Below, piece after piece: positions 10,085-20,395 of a stretch of DNA of 64,000 bases; positions within the stretch are counted from its first letter, which is position 1, and each line of letters opens with the position of its first letter. The DNA comes from Minisyncoccota bacterium. GTDB taxonomy: Bacteria; Patescibacteriota; Minisyncoccia; Moranbacterales; UBA2206. The stretch lies in the NCBI GenBank assembly GCA_031291955.1, contig JARLIA010000013.1, positions 21,512 through 85,511 on the forward strand, in the 5' to 3' direction. Both the position numbers and the translations under genes were made by a program. The notes under the pieces are model-generated. The model searched no databases, was not told the origin of the DNA, and was given only the letters and a program-made list of their open reading frames with translations.

Positions 10085-11845
10085 ATGTTTGAAAATTTCT
10101 TAGCTAAAAAATACGTCGTGCCGGCGATCCTGCTTCTCATTATGTTCGGGGCTTTTGCGGTGCGCTTTTATCATTATGACACCTGGCTCTATTTCAAGAT
10201 GGACCAGTCGCGGGACGCTTTCACTATTTCCAATGCTGTCAAAAACGGTCCGGGAAATCTACCGCTTCTTGGAGCGCGAGCCGGCGCCACCAAAGTGACC
10301 TACGGATTCCTCCATCTCGGGCCGGTCTTTTATTATTTCCAATACCTTTCGGGCGTTATTTTCCATTCGACTTCTCCGCAAGTCTTCGCTTATCCCGATC
10401 TATTCTTTTCCATCGCCGTCCTGCCGCTCTTGTATATTTTTTTGCGCCTTTATTTCTCCCGTCTCAATTCTTTGCTGATTGTTGCGATGTACGCTTTCTC
10501 GTTTCTCGTCATTGAATATTCCCGCTTCGCCTGGAATCCGAATTCGTTGCCGTTTTTCACTATCTTGAGTTTTTACGGCCTGTTGAAATTTCTTCACGAG
10601 CCGGAGGAAAAAAAACGCAAATGGTGGCTCATTCTTTGGGCGATCGGACTCACGGTCGGATCGCAGCTTCACTTCATGGGTTTCTTTTCCTTAGTGGGAA
10701 TCTCGGCGCTTTTGTTTTTCTTCCACTACGAACTTTGGAAAAAAGAAAATATACGCGGCGTTTTTCAGGAAAATAATTTTCGCGTATTGGCCCTTTACGC
10801 GGGTCTGGCCTTTTTGGTGGTGCTGATTTTTTACGCCCCGGTCATCATCAGCGATTCCATGAAAAACTGGGCCAACACCAAAGATTTTTTTCAGGCTTTC
10901 TCCACTAAACAGGGAAATCGACCCATCACGACCCGGGCGATCATTGGTCTTCAGTCCCAGATTGAATATTACGTCATGATTTTTACGTCTTACATTATCA
11001 CCAAAGGCAGTAATAATACTTACGGCTCATTGCTATCCATTTTGATCGGCGCTCTGTTTGTCGGCGGCAGTTATCTGATCTATAAATTTTTCAAAGAGAC
11101 CAAGGACAATCTGCGGAAAGATTTTCTACTTCTGGTTTTTCTGTGGTTTTTCATCTTTTTGCTGATCACCATCCCGGTGGCCACGCAAATCGAACCGCGC
11201 TATTTCATTTTCACCTTTGCCGTGCCGTTTATCTTCTTGGGATTTTTTTTCGAGTTTTCCGAAAGAAGATTGCCTGAATATTCCACGGGAATCGCTATAG
11301 CCGTGACAGTCGTAATCCTTTTGGCTAACGCGTCCGGCACGTCGGCCTGGTTTTCCGAGCAGGCCAAATCGCAAAAGGAGCATCTGACGATTCATCGGAC
11401 TTTGATCTTAAAAACTAAAGACGGGGTGACGCTCGGCCAGTTGCAAGGTGTGGCCGATTATATCTATCAAAACCGGATCCCCAGCGACCGGATCTATTTT
11501 TACGTCAAACCCGAACACGTCCGGCCGCTTAATTATCTTTTCTTTGAAAAAAACGACAAGTCTTTCAACTATTATTCTTTCAAACTGAACGGCGATCCAT
11601 TGGCGCAATATTTCATCGTTTTGCCGTCCGATTATGCAGAGAGTGAAGTAGCGGCCAAAATTAATATCAACCAGCCGATGAATATAATTTCCATGCAGAA
11701 ATTCGGCCAGCTGGCCGTCTGGCAGGTCACTTTTCCGGGACGAACAGTGGACGGCAATTTCCAAGCCAAGTCCAAAGACTCGAATGTGGAATCGGACCGG
11801 GTTTATTGGAAAGATGTTTTCGGGACGAAGAAACCTAAAAATTAA
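10085..11845 (+). CDS. GT-C (ArnT/PMT-like) membrane glycosyltransferase, tandem copy 1
   Basis: DQSRD, LPLLG, HLGPVFYYFQ, YSRFAWNPN and QLH motifs; multi-TM. Confidence 0.85.
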   Translation: MFENFLAKKYVVPAILLLIMFGAFAVRFYHYDTWLYFKMDQSRDAFTISNAVKNGPGNLPLLGARAGATKVTYGFLHLGPVFYYFQYLSGVIFHSTSPQVFAYPDLFFSIAVLPLLYIFLRLYFSRLNSLLIVAMYAFSFLVIEYSRFAWNPNSLPFFTILSFYGLLKFLHEPEEKKRKWWLILWAIGLTVGSQLHFMGFFSLVGISALLFFFHYELWKKENIRGVFQENNFRVLALYAGLAFLVVLIFYAPVIISDSMKNWANTKDFFQAFSTKQGNRPITTRAIIGLQSQIEYYVMIFTSYIITKGSNNTYGSLLSILIGALFVGGSYLIYKFFKETKDNLRKDFLLLVFLWFFIFLLITIPVATQIEPRYFIFTFAVPFIFLGFFFEFSERRLPEYSTGIAIAVTVVILLANASGTSAWFSEQAKSQKEHLTIHRTLILKTKDGVTLGQLQGVADYIYQNRIPSDRIYFYVKPEHVRPLNYLFFEKNDKSFNYYSFKLNGDPLAQYFIVLPSDYAESEVAAKININQPMNIISMQKFGQLAVWQVTFPGRTVDGNFQAKSKDSNVESDRVYWKDVFGTKKPKN

Positions 11846-11876
11846 ACGGTCCATTCGAGATTAGCTCAGGCCCGAC

Positions 11877-13517
11877 ATGACTATTGGAATGGAAAAAATA
11901 AAAAAGAAGATAAAAAAAATTCCGACAAGTATTTTGATTCTGACGGTAATTGTTCTAGTTGGGATTTTCTTGCGGACCCATAATTTCCACGCTTGGTTGG
12001 AATTTGACAACGACCAGGCGCGGGATGCGGCTTTGGTGAGCGACGTCGTGACCGGAAAAACCGCTTGGCCACTGCTTGGACCGACAATGAAAGGAACAAA
12101 CGATTCTTCGGAAAATCTGTTCCATGTTGGGCCGATGTATTATTATTTTGAAATTATTTCTGCCAAAATATTCGGCAATTATCCGGACAAGCTGGCCTAT
12201 CCGGATCTGATCTTTTCCATTCTGACCATCCCACTCTTTTATTATTTTTTGAAAAAATATTTCAGCGCCAATTTATCTTTGGCTCTCGCCGGTCTTTGGA
12301 CTTTTTCCTATTTCGCCATCAAATTTTCCCGCTTCGCCTGGAACACCAATTCCATGCCGTTTTTTATTTTGCTTTTTCTTTTGGGACTGGGAGAATTTTT
12401 GTTCCGGCGGGAAAAAACTTCCTGGTGGTGGGCGCTGGCTTTGGGGATCGCGCTCGGTGTGGGAGTGCAGCTTCACGCTATGCTTCTGGTTATGTTTCCG
12501 TTTTTTTGCTTGGGCGGATTTTTTCTGACTGTCAAAAGCGGAAAGGGGATGTGGCTGCGCTGGGGAAGCGTTCTTCTTATCGCGCTGGTTCTTAATGCCG
12601 GTCAGATAGTCCACGAACTCGACACAAATTTCCAAAACACGTATGCTTTTTTCCAGAACGCCAACGATCGTTCCGGATCTAGGGCGGATAAGTTTTCCCA
12701 GACGTTCGCTCTGGACGCGGCGTGCCATGTCCAATCCAACGCGTTCATGCCTTCCGCCCTTGGCGACAAGGACCATTGCAATTTTTTGAAGACCGCGGCG
12801 GGTTGGGTGGCTTTGGATTATGATTCCTATTGGCAGCTCGGATTCATTCTGGCGGCGCTGGCCTTTTCTTTGTTCGGCTATGCGGCATTGGTTCGGAATT
12901 TTTTGAAGGAAACCGACCGCGAGCGGAAAATATTTTTCGGACTGGCTCTTGGTTATATAATTCTCTTTTTCATTATCATGTTCGCTTCCATCCAAGAAGC
13001 GCCACTCCGCTATTTTCTTCCGTCTTTTTTTGTGCCTTATTTATTCCTGGGATTTTTGATCCAAGCCGGACAAAAGAAATATCCGCGCCGATATTTCCCG
13101 GTCGTGGCGCTGGGACTCGCGATCCTCCTGGCTCTGAACGTGATTTATCTCTTGACTGTCATTTCCCAGCTCGAGGCCAAGGACCGAAGCGGGAGCAGCG
13201 ACGTTATCTTGGGCGAGCTGGAATCGATGCGCGATTACATCATCACGACCGCCGCGCCGAGCAAGACTGCGTATTTTTCCGGCGGATCCCATTACGTTTT
13301 TCGTTTTCTCCGGCCGCTCCAATATTTGGCTGGCAAGGACAATTTCTCGATTAAGCAAGAACCCCAACTGTTTGCTAGTATGAAACCAGGAGAACCGGTA
13401 TTTTACATTTATGCCAGCTATCCCCGGAAAAAATTAACCGCAATCAAGGGGATGCCGATCGTGACTTACAAAAATTTCGGCCAAGTGGCCGTGTACGAAG
13501 TGATTAAGACGAAATAA
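11877..13517 (+). CDS. GT-C membrane glycosyltransferase, tandem copy 2
   Basis: DQARD, WPLLGP, HVGPMYYY, SRFAWNTN and VQLH motifs. Confidence 0.85.
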   Translation: MTIGMEKIKKKIKKIPTSILILTVIVLVGIFLRTHNFHAWLEFDNDQARDAALVSDVVTGKTAWPLLGPTMKGTNDSSENLFHVGPMYYYFEIISAKIFGNYPDKLAYPDLIFSILTIPLFYYFLKKYFSANLSLALAGLWTFSYFAIKFSRFAWNTNSMPFFILLFLLGLGEFLFRREKTSWWWALALGIALGVGVQLHAMLLVMFPFFCLGGFFLTVKSGKGMWLRWGSVLLIALVLNAGQIVHELDTNFQNTYAFFQNANDRSGSRADKFSQTFALDAACHVQSNAFMPSALGDKDHCNFLKTAAGWVALDYDSYWQLGFILAALAFSLFGYAALVRNFLKETDRERKIFFGLALGYIILFFIIMFASIQEAPLRYFLPSFFVPYLFLGFLIQAGQKKYPRRYFPVVALGLAILLALNVIYLLTVISQLEAKDRSGSSDVILGELESMRDYIITTAAPSKTAYFSGGSHYVFRFLRPLQYLAGKDNFSIKQEPQLFASMKPGEPVFYIYASYPRKKLTAIKGMPIVTYKNFGQVAVYEVIKTK

Positions 13518-13539
13518 AAAATAAGATCCGATTGCCGTT

Positions 13540-15222
13540 ATGTTTTTTCAAATTCAAAAAAATATAAAAAAAAATTCCGCGGCCGGGTGGATTCTTTTGG
13601 CAATTTTTGTTGTCGGCGTTTTTTTGCGGACTTATAATTTTCACGCCTGGCTGGAATTTCGAAGCGACCAGGCGAGAGATGCGTACCGGACCGACCAGGT
13701 GGTTTCAGGAGAAAAGCCTTGGCCGCTTGTGGGGCCGTTTTTGAGCCATTCCGGTCCCACCGAAGACGAGTCGTTCCATGTTGGTCCGATCTATTATTAT
13801 TTCCAGATAATTTCCGCCGAAATTTTCGGCAGCTATCCCGACAAACTGGCCTATCCTGATGTCTTTTTTGCTATCTTGTCCATCCCGCTTTTCTATTTGT
13901 TTTTGCGGGAATACTTCGGCAAAAATGTTTCACTGGGGCTTACCGGGCTGTATTCCATCGGCGCTTATATTATCCGCTATTCCCGTTTTGCTTGGAGCTG
14001 CAATTCGATTCCGTTTTTCGTTTTGTTGTTTTTGCTGTCTCTTTTCAAGCTGTGGGACAAAAACGAAAAAACCGCCTGGGCTTGGGCGGTCGCGCTGGGA
14101 GTCGCCTGGGGAGTCGGGTTTCAACTGCACGCCCTGACGATGATCGCTTTTTCCGGCACGGCTTTTTTGGTTTTTATTTTTTCAATGAGGAAAAATCCCG
14201 CAACTTGGAAAAAATGGTCCGTGGTTTTGGCGATATTTGTTCTTTTGAACTCGGCTCAAGTTGTCGGTGAAATAAAAACCAATTTTGAAAACACCCGGGC
14301 TCTTTCGCGTTTTCTTTTTCAGAACGGTTCCGCGGATAACCCGAGTGGTCTCGACAGTTCGAATCCCATCAATCACGCCGGCGTTTCCACTTTGTTGAAA
14401 AACGACATCGATTGCAGCCTGGAGGCCAATTTTTTGTACCTGTCGTCTTACAATGACGTCGCTTTCGGCCGCGAAAATTGTCAGGGAAATTATTGGAAAC
14501 TTTTTTCGCGGAGCAATACGAAAAAACATTCAAAAGTATCTTGGATAAAGATCGGCGATGTGGTTCTTTTTTCCAGTCTTGTTTTTTCCCTCGTTGGCTA
14601 TTTTCTTCTGTTGTTCTATGATAAAAAAGAACCAAATGAAAGAAAGCGGCGTTTTCTGCACCTGCTTGTTCTGTATACAGGCTTGGCGTTTTTGCTCATG
14701 CTGCCTCTGAGCAGCGGAAAATTCGGCGATTTGAGATATTTCAGTCTTCTTTTTTTCTTGCCCTTTTTGTTTTTAGGGCTTATCGCAAAACTTCTCTTCG
14801 AAAAAGTCGCTCCAAAATATATTGCAATACCGGTTGCGGCTGTAATTTTTTCCTTGTTTGCGGCTTCCAATGTTTCGGCGATAACTTATCGGCTTTCAAT
14901 ACTTTCCAAAAAAGAAGGCATGGACTCCGGCACGGCTGTCCTGGGAGAAATGGAAGACACGCTTGATTATGCGATTTCCCATTCAAACGGGCAGAAAAAA
15001 ATATATCTAGGAGGGAACCGTTCTTTAACGGCCCATTCTTTCGACTCTTTGCAATATCTGGCCGGGAAACAAAATGTGGGGCTGATAAAATTCGGCGACA
15101 AAGATAAACTGGACCCGGCCAAGAAACCGGCCTTCTGTGTTGATGATAAAATAGATAAAAAAGAGGCCGTTTACGGTTATAAAAAAGTGGGCAACGTTTA
15201 TATTTATCAGATAAACAAATGA
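13540..15222 (+). CDS. GT-C membrane glycosyltransferase, tandem copy 3
   Basis: DQARD, WPLVGP, HVGPIYYY, SRFAW and FQLH motifs. Confidence 0.85.
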   Translation: MFFQIQKNIKKNSAAGWILLAIFVVGVFLRTYNFHAWLEFRSDQARDAYRTDQVVSGEKPWPLVGPFLSHSGPTEDESFHVGPIYYYFQIISAEIFGSYPDKLAYPDVFFAILSIPLFYLFLREYFGKNVSLGLTGLYSIGAYIIRYSRFAWSCNSIPFFVLLFLLSLFKLWDKNEKTAWAWAVALGVAWGVGFQLHALTMIAFSGTAFLVFIFSMRKNPATWKKWSVVLAIFVLLNSAQVVGEIKTNFENTRALSRFLFQNGSADNPSGLDSSNPINHAGVSTLLKNDIDCSLEANFLYLSSYNDVAFGRENCQGNYWKLFSRSNTKKHSKVSWIKIGDVVLFSSLVFSLVGYFLLLFYDKKEPNERKRRFLHLLVLYTGLAFLLMLPLSSGKFGDLRYFSLLFFLPFLFLGLIAKLLFEKVAPKYIAIPVAAVIFSLFAASNVSAITYRLSILSKKEGMDSGTAVLGEMEDTLDYAISHSNGQKKIYLGGNRSLTAHSFDSLQYLAGKQNVGLIKFGDKDKLDPAKKPAFCVDDKIDKKEAVYGYKKVGNVYIYQINK

Positions 15223-16857
15223 AAAATTATCTTAAAAATGTTACGGCCCGTGCTTGGATCCTTTTGGTGATCATGGCTGTTGGAATATTTCTGCGTGCTT
15301 GGCATTTTCATGACTGGCTGCGTTTCAGCGAGGACCAATCACGGGATGCTGGCATAATAAGCAATGTTATTAAAGGTGAAAGTCCGTTGCCGCTTTTGGG
15401 ACCCGTGGCTGGCGGTACGTTTTTCCATTTGGGTCCGGCTTATTATTATTTTTCCATTGTTAGCTCTAAGCTGTTTGGGGACTATCCGGACAGGATGGCT
15501 TATCCGGTTTTGTTTTTTTCCATTTTGGCCATCCCGCTGCTTTATTTGTTTTTGAAGGAATATTTCAGTTGGCGAATTTCGTTGGCTGTAACGGCAGTAG
15601 CGAGTGTTTCGTATTTTTCTGTCGTGAGCTCGCGTTTTTCCTCTAATCCCAATCTGGCGCCGTTTTTTGTGTTGGCTTTTCTGTATTCCTTTTTGAAATT
15701 GCTTAATGATAAAGAGCGCGCGTCTTTTTGGTGGCCGGCCGCGATCGGAACCGTGTTGGGAATCGGCATCCAGATCCACACCACGCTTCTGGTTATTTTG
15801 CCGATTTTTACCCTGCTGATGCTGGCGTATCTCATAAAAAAGACCGGCTGGCGGGCGGTGCGCTATGCGTTGGTAATCATAGTTTTATCTTTGGCGATGA
15901 ACGCGCCGCAGATCGCAAGCGAAATCGAAACCCGCGGCCAGAACACTATTCAGTTTTTCGGCGGCTTGGGCCTGAAAGGGAGTTCTTCCGGTAGTGGCCT
16001 GGCTCAGGGTGCTCTGACTGCCGCACTTTGCCAAGCCAAAGCCAACTCCTATTTCATTTCTTCTTTTCCCGCTGCCCAGACCTGCTCGTCCGGCATAGAT
16101 TTCGATCTTGAAAAAGGCGCCAAGGAAGTGTTTGGCGGCATTAAGGACCGCTCCTTCCGGCAAAACGTCTATCTGGCCGACGTTTCATTTTTGTTTCTTT
16201 TTTCCATTGGGGGGTTATTTTTTGTTGATTTATAATCTTTTAAAAGAAAAAGACGCCCGGAAGAATAATTTTCTCGCGCTGGTCGCTCTTTTCAATTTCG
16301 TTTCGTATATTTTAATCATCCCTGTCATTTCCTCCATGGCCGTGAGCTATTTCATCATTCTGCTTTTCGTGCCGTTTGTGCTGCTTGGATTGATGTTTCG
16401 ATATATCGAAGAGAATATGAAACTGTCTGGAATAGGATTGATTTTATTTTTAGCGGCTGTCCTGATGATTTTTTCGCTGCAGGCGGAAAAGAGCGACGCG
16501 GATCTTTATGTTGCTCGCCTTGACAACAACGTGGAAAACAGCGACCTGGGAGCGATTGAGGATATCTCCGCCTACATTCTGGATAATTCGTCTTTTGCTC
16601 CGAAGATTTATTTGAGTGGCAGAAAAGATTATTTGAACCGGTTCTCCGGCTCGCTTACGTACATGATTGGACGGCAGGGAAGGCAGCTGGTATCATTGGA
16701 CATAAGCGATTCCGACACTCTCCGCTCCGGCCAGACATTTTTCTATGTCCAAAAAAGCGGGAAGGGGAGTGTGACTCGCAATGAAGAGATCGGGGGATAC
16801 GCGGCTGTTGACGGTGAAAGAATCGGCGGCGTGGAAATTTATATTTTGAAAAAATAA
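15219..16857 (+). pseudogene. GT-C membrane glycosyltransferase, tandem copy 4, split by a one-base excess in the G6 tract 16209-16214
   Basis: ORF 15219-16235 has DQSRD, HLGPAYYY and IQIH; ORF 16108-16857 carries the paralogous C-terminal half. Deleting one G gives FSIGGYFLLIY, matching paralogs (FSLVGYFLLL, FVLGGYFLLF). Confidence 0.85.
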
Positions 16858-16870
16858 TGTTTTCGAAATT

Positions 16871-18469
16871 ATGAAATCGATTCCGGACAAAATTAAAAAT
16901 ATCTCGAAATATTTTTGGGTTTTCCTGGCTATTTTTCTGGTCGGTGTTTTTCTCCGTACGTATAAATTCCATGATTGGATGCGTTTTTCTATGGACCAGG
17001 CGAGAGATGCCGCCATCATCAGTAATGCTGTTGCCGGGAAAGCACCCTTGCCGTCCCTTGGGCCAGATGCTGGAAACACTAAGTTTTTGCTCGGGCCGAT
17101 GTATTACGATTTGTCTTATCTCAGCGCTAAAATATTCGGAAATTATCCCGACAAGATGGCCTATCCCAGCCTGGCTTCCGGCATCTTAGCTATTTTGTTC
17201 CTATTCTTTTTTCTTCGCGAATATTTCGACCAAAAAATCTCGCTGGCGCTTACGGGAATCATGAGTGTTTCATATTTCATGATCGACACATCCCGTTTTT
17301 CATCGAACCCTAATCTGGTGCCGCTTTTTGTCATTCTGTTTCTCTGGGGGTTGCTGAAAATTATCAATGACCCGCGGGAATTTCATCCCGGCTGGAGCGC
17401 TCTGGTCGGTTTTGCCCTGGGCATGGGGGTCCAGATGCACGCCATCACTTTGGTGGTGATGCCGGTTTTCGGTCTTTTAGCTCTGGTTTATTTTTGGAAA
17501 GTAGGCGGAAAGGGGATGGGAAAAAGTTTGATCATAATTATCGCGTTAGCTTTGCTTTTCAACATCGGGCAGATCACGTCGGAACTTCACACTAATTTTC
17601 AAAACACCCGGAATTTTTTCCAAGGGCTCAAGAGCAAATCAGAAAACAATTATGGGGAGGGTGCGGGTCTCATTGCTGCTTGTCAGATCGAGGCCAACGG
17701 TTATTTTCTGACTTCCATCGGTGATGACTATGATTGCGGTGATATTTTCAAAACACCCAAAGGCGGCTGGATCGCCGACAAATCTTATCTTCTGACGCTG
17801 GCTGCCTACACGCTCTTTTCGCTGACCGGTTATTATTTTTTGATTTACAATTTTGTCAGAGAAAAAGAAAATGGGCGGAAAAATTTTCTGGGACTGGTCC
17901 TTCTTTTTAATCTACTGACTTTCATCGTACTTGTAAGTGTTTCCAGCGTTATCCATGTAGGGTATTACATCGTTCTGTTTTTCATGCCGTTCGTGCTTCT
18001 GGGAATTCTTATGGAAGCAGTGCGGAATAAATACGGCCGAAAGGGAATGCTGGCGGCCGCGGTGGTCATTCTTCTTTTGATCGGGTCTTCTTTGGCAGTG
18101 GACGGCGCGATGGCTTCAAGTTATGCTCAAGGTTTACAAAACAATTCAAGCAACAGCACGCTTTTTCAAGCTGAAGCGATGGCGGATTATATCCTGACAA
18201 CCAGCCCCCAAAATGTTTCCAAGGTTTATTTCGCCGGGCAAGGGAGTTTGGCCAAACGCTACTATGACGCGACCATCTATCTTGTCCGGCAAAGCGGCCT
18301 AAATATGTCTTTGATCAAAGATGTCGACAGCCGCAGGATTGCGCCCGGAGTGCCGATTTATTACATCGCCCAAAGCGGCGCTTATCCGGTACCGGGAATG
18401 ATTGGTAACCGCCAGATAACAGCCAGTCGGCAATTTCTCAACCAGACGATTTATATTTTGAAAAACTAA
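16871..18469 (+). CDS. GT-C membrane glycosyltransferase, tandem copy 5
   Basis: DQARD, LLGPMYY, SRFSSNPN and VQMH motifs. Confidence 0.85.
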   Translation: MKSIPDKIKNISKYFWVFLAIFLVGVFLRTYKFHDWMRFSMDQARDAAIISNAVAGKAPLPSLGPDAGNTKFLLGPMYYDLSYLSAKIFGNYPDKMAYPSLASGILAILFLFFFLREYFDQKISLALTGIMSVSYFMIDTSRFSSNPNLVPLFVILFLWGLLKIINDPREFHPGWSALVGFALGMGVQMHAITLVVMPVFGLLALVYFWKVGGKGMGKSLIIIIALALLFNIGQITSELHTNFQNTRNFFQGLKSKSENNYGEGAGLIAACQIEANGYFLTSIGDDYDCGDIFKTPKGGWIADKSYLLTLAAYTLFSLTGYYFLIYNFVREKENGRKNFLGLVLLFNLLTFIVLVSVSSVIHVGYYIVLFFMPFVLLGILMEAVRNKYGRKGMLAAAVVILLLIGSSLAVDGAMASSYAQGLQNNSSNSTLFQAEAMADYILTTSPQNVSKVYFAGQGSLAKRYYDATIYLVRQSGLNMSLIKDVDSRRIAPGVPIYYIAQSGAYPVPGMIGNRQITASRQFLNQTIYILKN

Positions 18470-18549
18470 GTAACTAACGCGGGGACGTGCCATGTTCCCA
18501 GTTGGAAAACAGCGTTTGGACATGGTACGTCCAAAGTCGAAGCAAGAAG

Positions 18550-20175
18550 ATGCAAGAATATTTTAAAAAAATTATGCGGCAAAAAACTTTCTGGCTCCTG
18601 GTCGGGATAATCTTGGTCGGCGCATTTTTGCGGACTTATCAATACGCCAATTTCCTGCGTTTCAACCCCGATCAGGCGCGGGACGCCGGCATAATTCGCG
18701 ACGCAATCGACGGAAAGGCCGCTTTGCCGCTCCTGGGACCGAAAGCCGGCGGCACCAGTTTCCAATTGGGGCCGGTTTTTTATGATTTCGCGTATTTCTC
18801 CGCCAAGATTTTCGGCGCGGCGCCGGACAGGATGGCTTATCCCGATCTTCTGACCTCGATTTTGTTCCTGCCGCTTCTTTATGAGTTCGCGCGTAAATTC
18901 TTTTCAAAAAATATTTCCTTGGTCGCGACGGGGTTGGCGGCTGTGTCGTTTTATGCTGTGAAATATTCCCGCTTTGCTTGGAATCCCAACTCGACGCCTT
19001 TTTGGATCCTGCTGACTTTCTACGCTTTTTTCGAATTGGTTCGGTCCGGTCAGAGAAAGCGTTGGCTTTGGGCGATTGTTTTGGGTCTCGCGGCCGGTGT
19101 TGCCATCCAGCTGCATTCTTTGGCCTTGTTCTCACTGCCGGTCGTTTTTGTGATTTATTTTGTTTATCTTTTTTTCAAAAAAAATCCGGCTTGGAAATGG
19201 GCGCCGGTTGTTCTGGCTGTCGTACTGTTGGCTAATTCGTTCCAGATTGCGAGTGAAGTCCAGACTGGAGGCAAAAACATCCAGTCCTTTTTTCGCGGCA
19301 TGCACGCCAAAACTTCCCGCTCCGGAACGTTAGCGGATAAGTTTGTGCTCGACGCCGTCTGCCATATTCAAGGAGAGAGCTATATGATTCTCCCGATCGG
19401 CAACGACAGTCATTGCGATTTTATGGACGCGGCCGGCAGTTTACAAAAAAATAGCAATAATAATTTTCTTTTGTTGGGAGATATGCTTTTTGCCGTCATT
19501 TTTGTTCTGGGTGGATACTTTCTTCTTTTCCGAGCTTGGTGGAAAGAAACGGACGAGCGGAAAAAAATATTTTTGGAACTTATCCTGCTTTATGCGGTTG
19601 TTCTTTTCGTCCTGTTGATTCCTTTGGCCGACGAGATTTCTTTCCGCTTTTTCCTGGTGGCGGAATTTCTGCCGTTCATTTTCGCCGCTTTGTGGATCAA
19701 GTTTTTCGAAGAACGTCTTGAGAAAAAATACTTTATCATTGTTGTAGCTATAATCGTAGGTATGGCCGTAGGTACGAACCTGACGACTTTGACGGATTAT
19801 GCCGCCAATTTGGCCGGTGTTCGGGCACAGGGCTCCAACGGTTTTGAAGAGATCACGCTGGGCGAAGTGAAATACATGGCTGATTTTATGGAAACCAATT
19901 CGGGCGGCGCTAAGATTGTTTATGTCCAGGGCAGTGCTGCCGATCTTTTCGAGGTCCTAAAGCCGATCGAATATTTCACAAGTCCCTCCGGCCTCAAAGT
20001 GATCCAGCTCAAAAAAGGAAAAATTTTGGCGCCGATGGACAAAATTTTTCTCATCAATGTCATGAAAGATCCAACCAAGAAAAATACTCTTTCCCAAAGC
20101 ACTCTAGATAGCTATAGCGTCCTGGCTTCCGGCCGGTACGGTCGTGTCAAGATTTATGAATTGGAAATGAAATAG
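18550..20175 (+). CDS. GT-C membrane glycosyltransferase, tandem copy 6
   Basis: DQARD, LPLLGP, SRFAWNPN and IQLH motifs; ATG 18550 chosen to match paralog length. Confidence 0.85.
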   Translation: MQEYFKKIMRQKTFWLLVGIILVGAFLRTYQYANFLRFNPDQARDAGIIRDAIDGKAALPLLGPKAGGTSFQLGPVFYDFAYFSAKIFGAAPDRMAYPDLLTSILFLPLLYEFARKFFSKNISLVATGLAAVSFYAVKYSRFAWNPNSTPFWILLTFYAFFELVRSGQRKRWLWAIVLGLAAGVAIQLHSLALFSLPVVFVIYFVYLFFKKNPAWKWAPVVLAVVLLANSFQIASEVQTGGKNIQSFFRGMHAKTSRSGTLADKFVLDAVCHIQGESYMILPIGNDSHCDFMDAAGSLQKNSNNNFLLLGDMLFAVIFVLGGYFLLFRAWWKETDERKKIFLELILLYAVVLFVLLIPLADEISFRFFLVAEFLPFIFAALWIKFFEERLEKKYFIIVVAIIVGMAVGTNLTTLTDYAANLAGVRAQGSNGFEEITLGEVKYMADFMETNSGGAKIVYVQGSAADLFEVLKPIEYFTSPSGLKVIQLKKGKILAPMDKIFLINVMKDPTKKNTLSQSTLDSYSVLASGRYGRVKIYELEMK

Positions 20176-20202
20176 CCGCTGGCCCGGATAATTTTTTTCT
20201 TG

Positions 20203-20236
20203 AAACGCGAGTGCCTGTCATGGGCACGCGTTTTTT
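20203..20236 (+). terminator. Intrinsic terminator after the GT-C array
   Basis: AAACGCG.GTGCCTG-TCA-TGGGCAC-GCGTTTTTT. Confidence 0.65.
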
Positions 20237-20259
20237 GTTTGGGGAAAATAGAATTCTTG

Positions 20260-20288
20260 TTGACATAAACCCGGCTGTGTGATACTTT
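20260..20288 (+). promoter_or_regulatory. Sigma70-type promoter of the GT2 synthase operon
   Basis: TTGACA (20260-65), 17-bp spacer, TACTTT (20283-88) preceded by TGA. Confidence 0.6.
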
Positions 20289-20395
20289 ATGAGGTCAGTT
20301 TTGTAATATCGGTAAATTCGCTTCCGTGCCGATTATGACCGAATTTTGGTTTCAAACAAGGCACTTGTCAGGGATTGGCGCGGAGCAGATAAAAC

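Noticed and set aside
10085-20175. Diversity-generating retroelement or recombinase-driven cassette system behind the GT-C array
   Set aside because: No reverse transcriptase or recombinase gene and no near-identical TR/VR pair seen; similarity is ordinary paralogy
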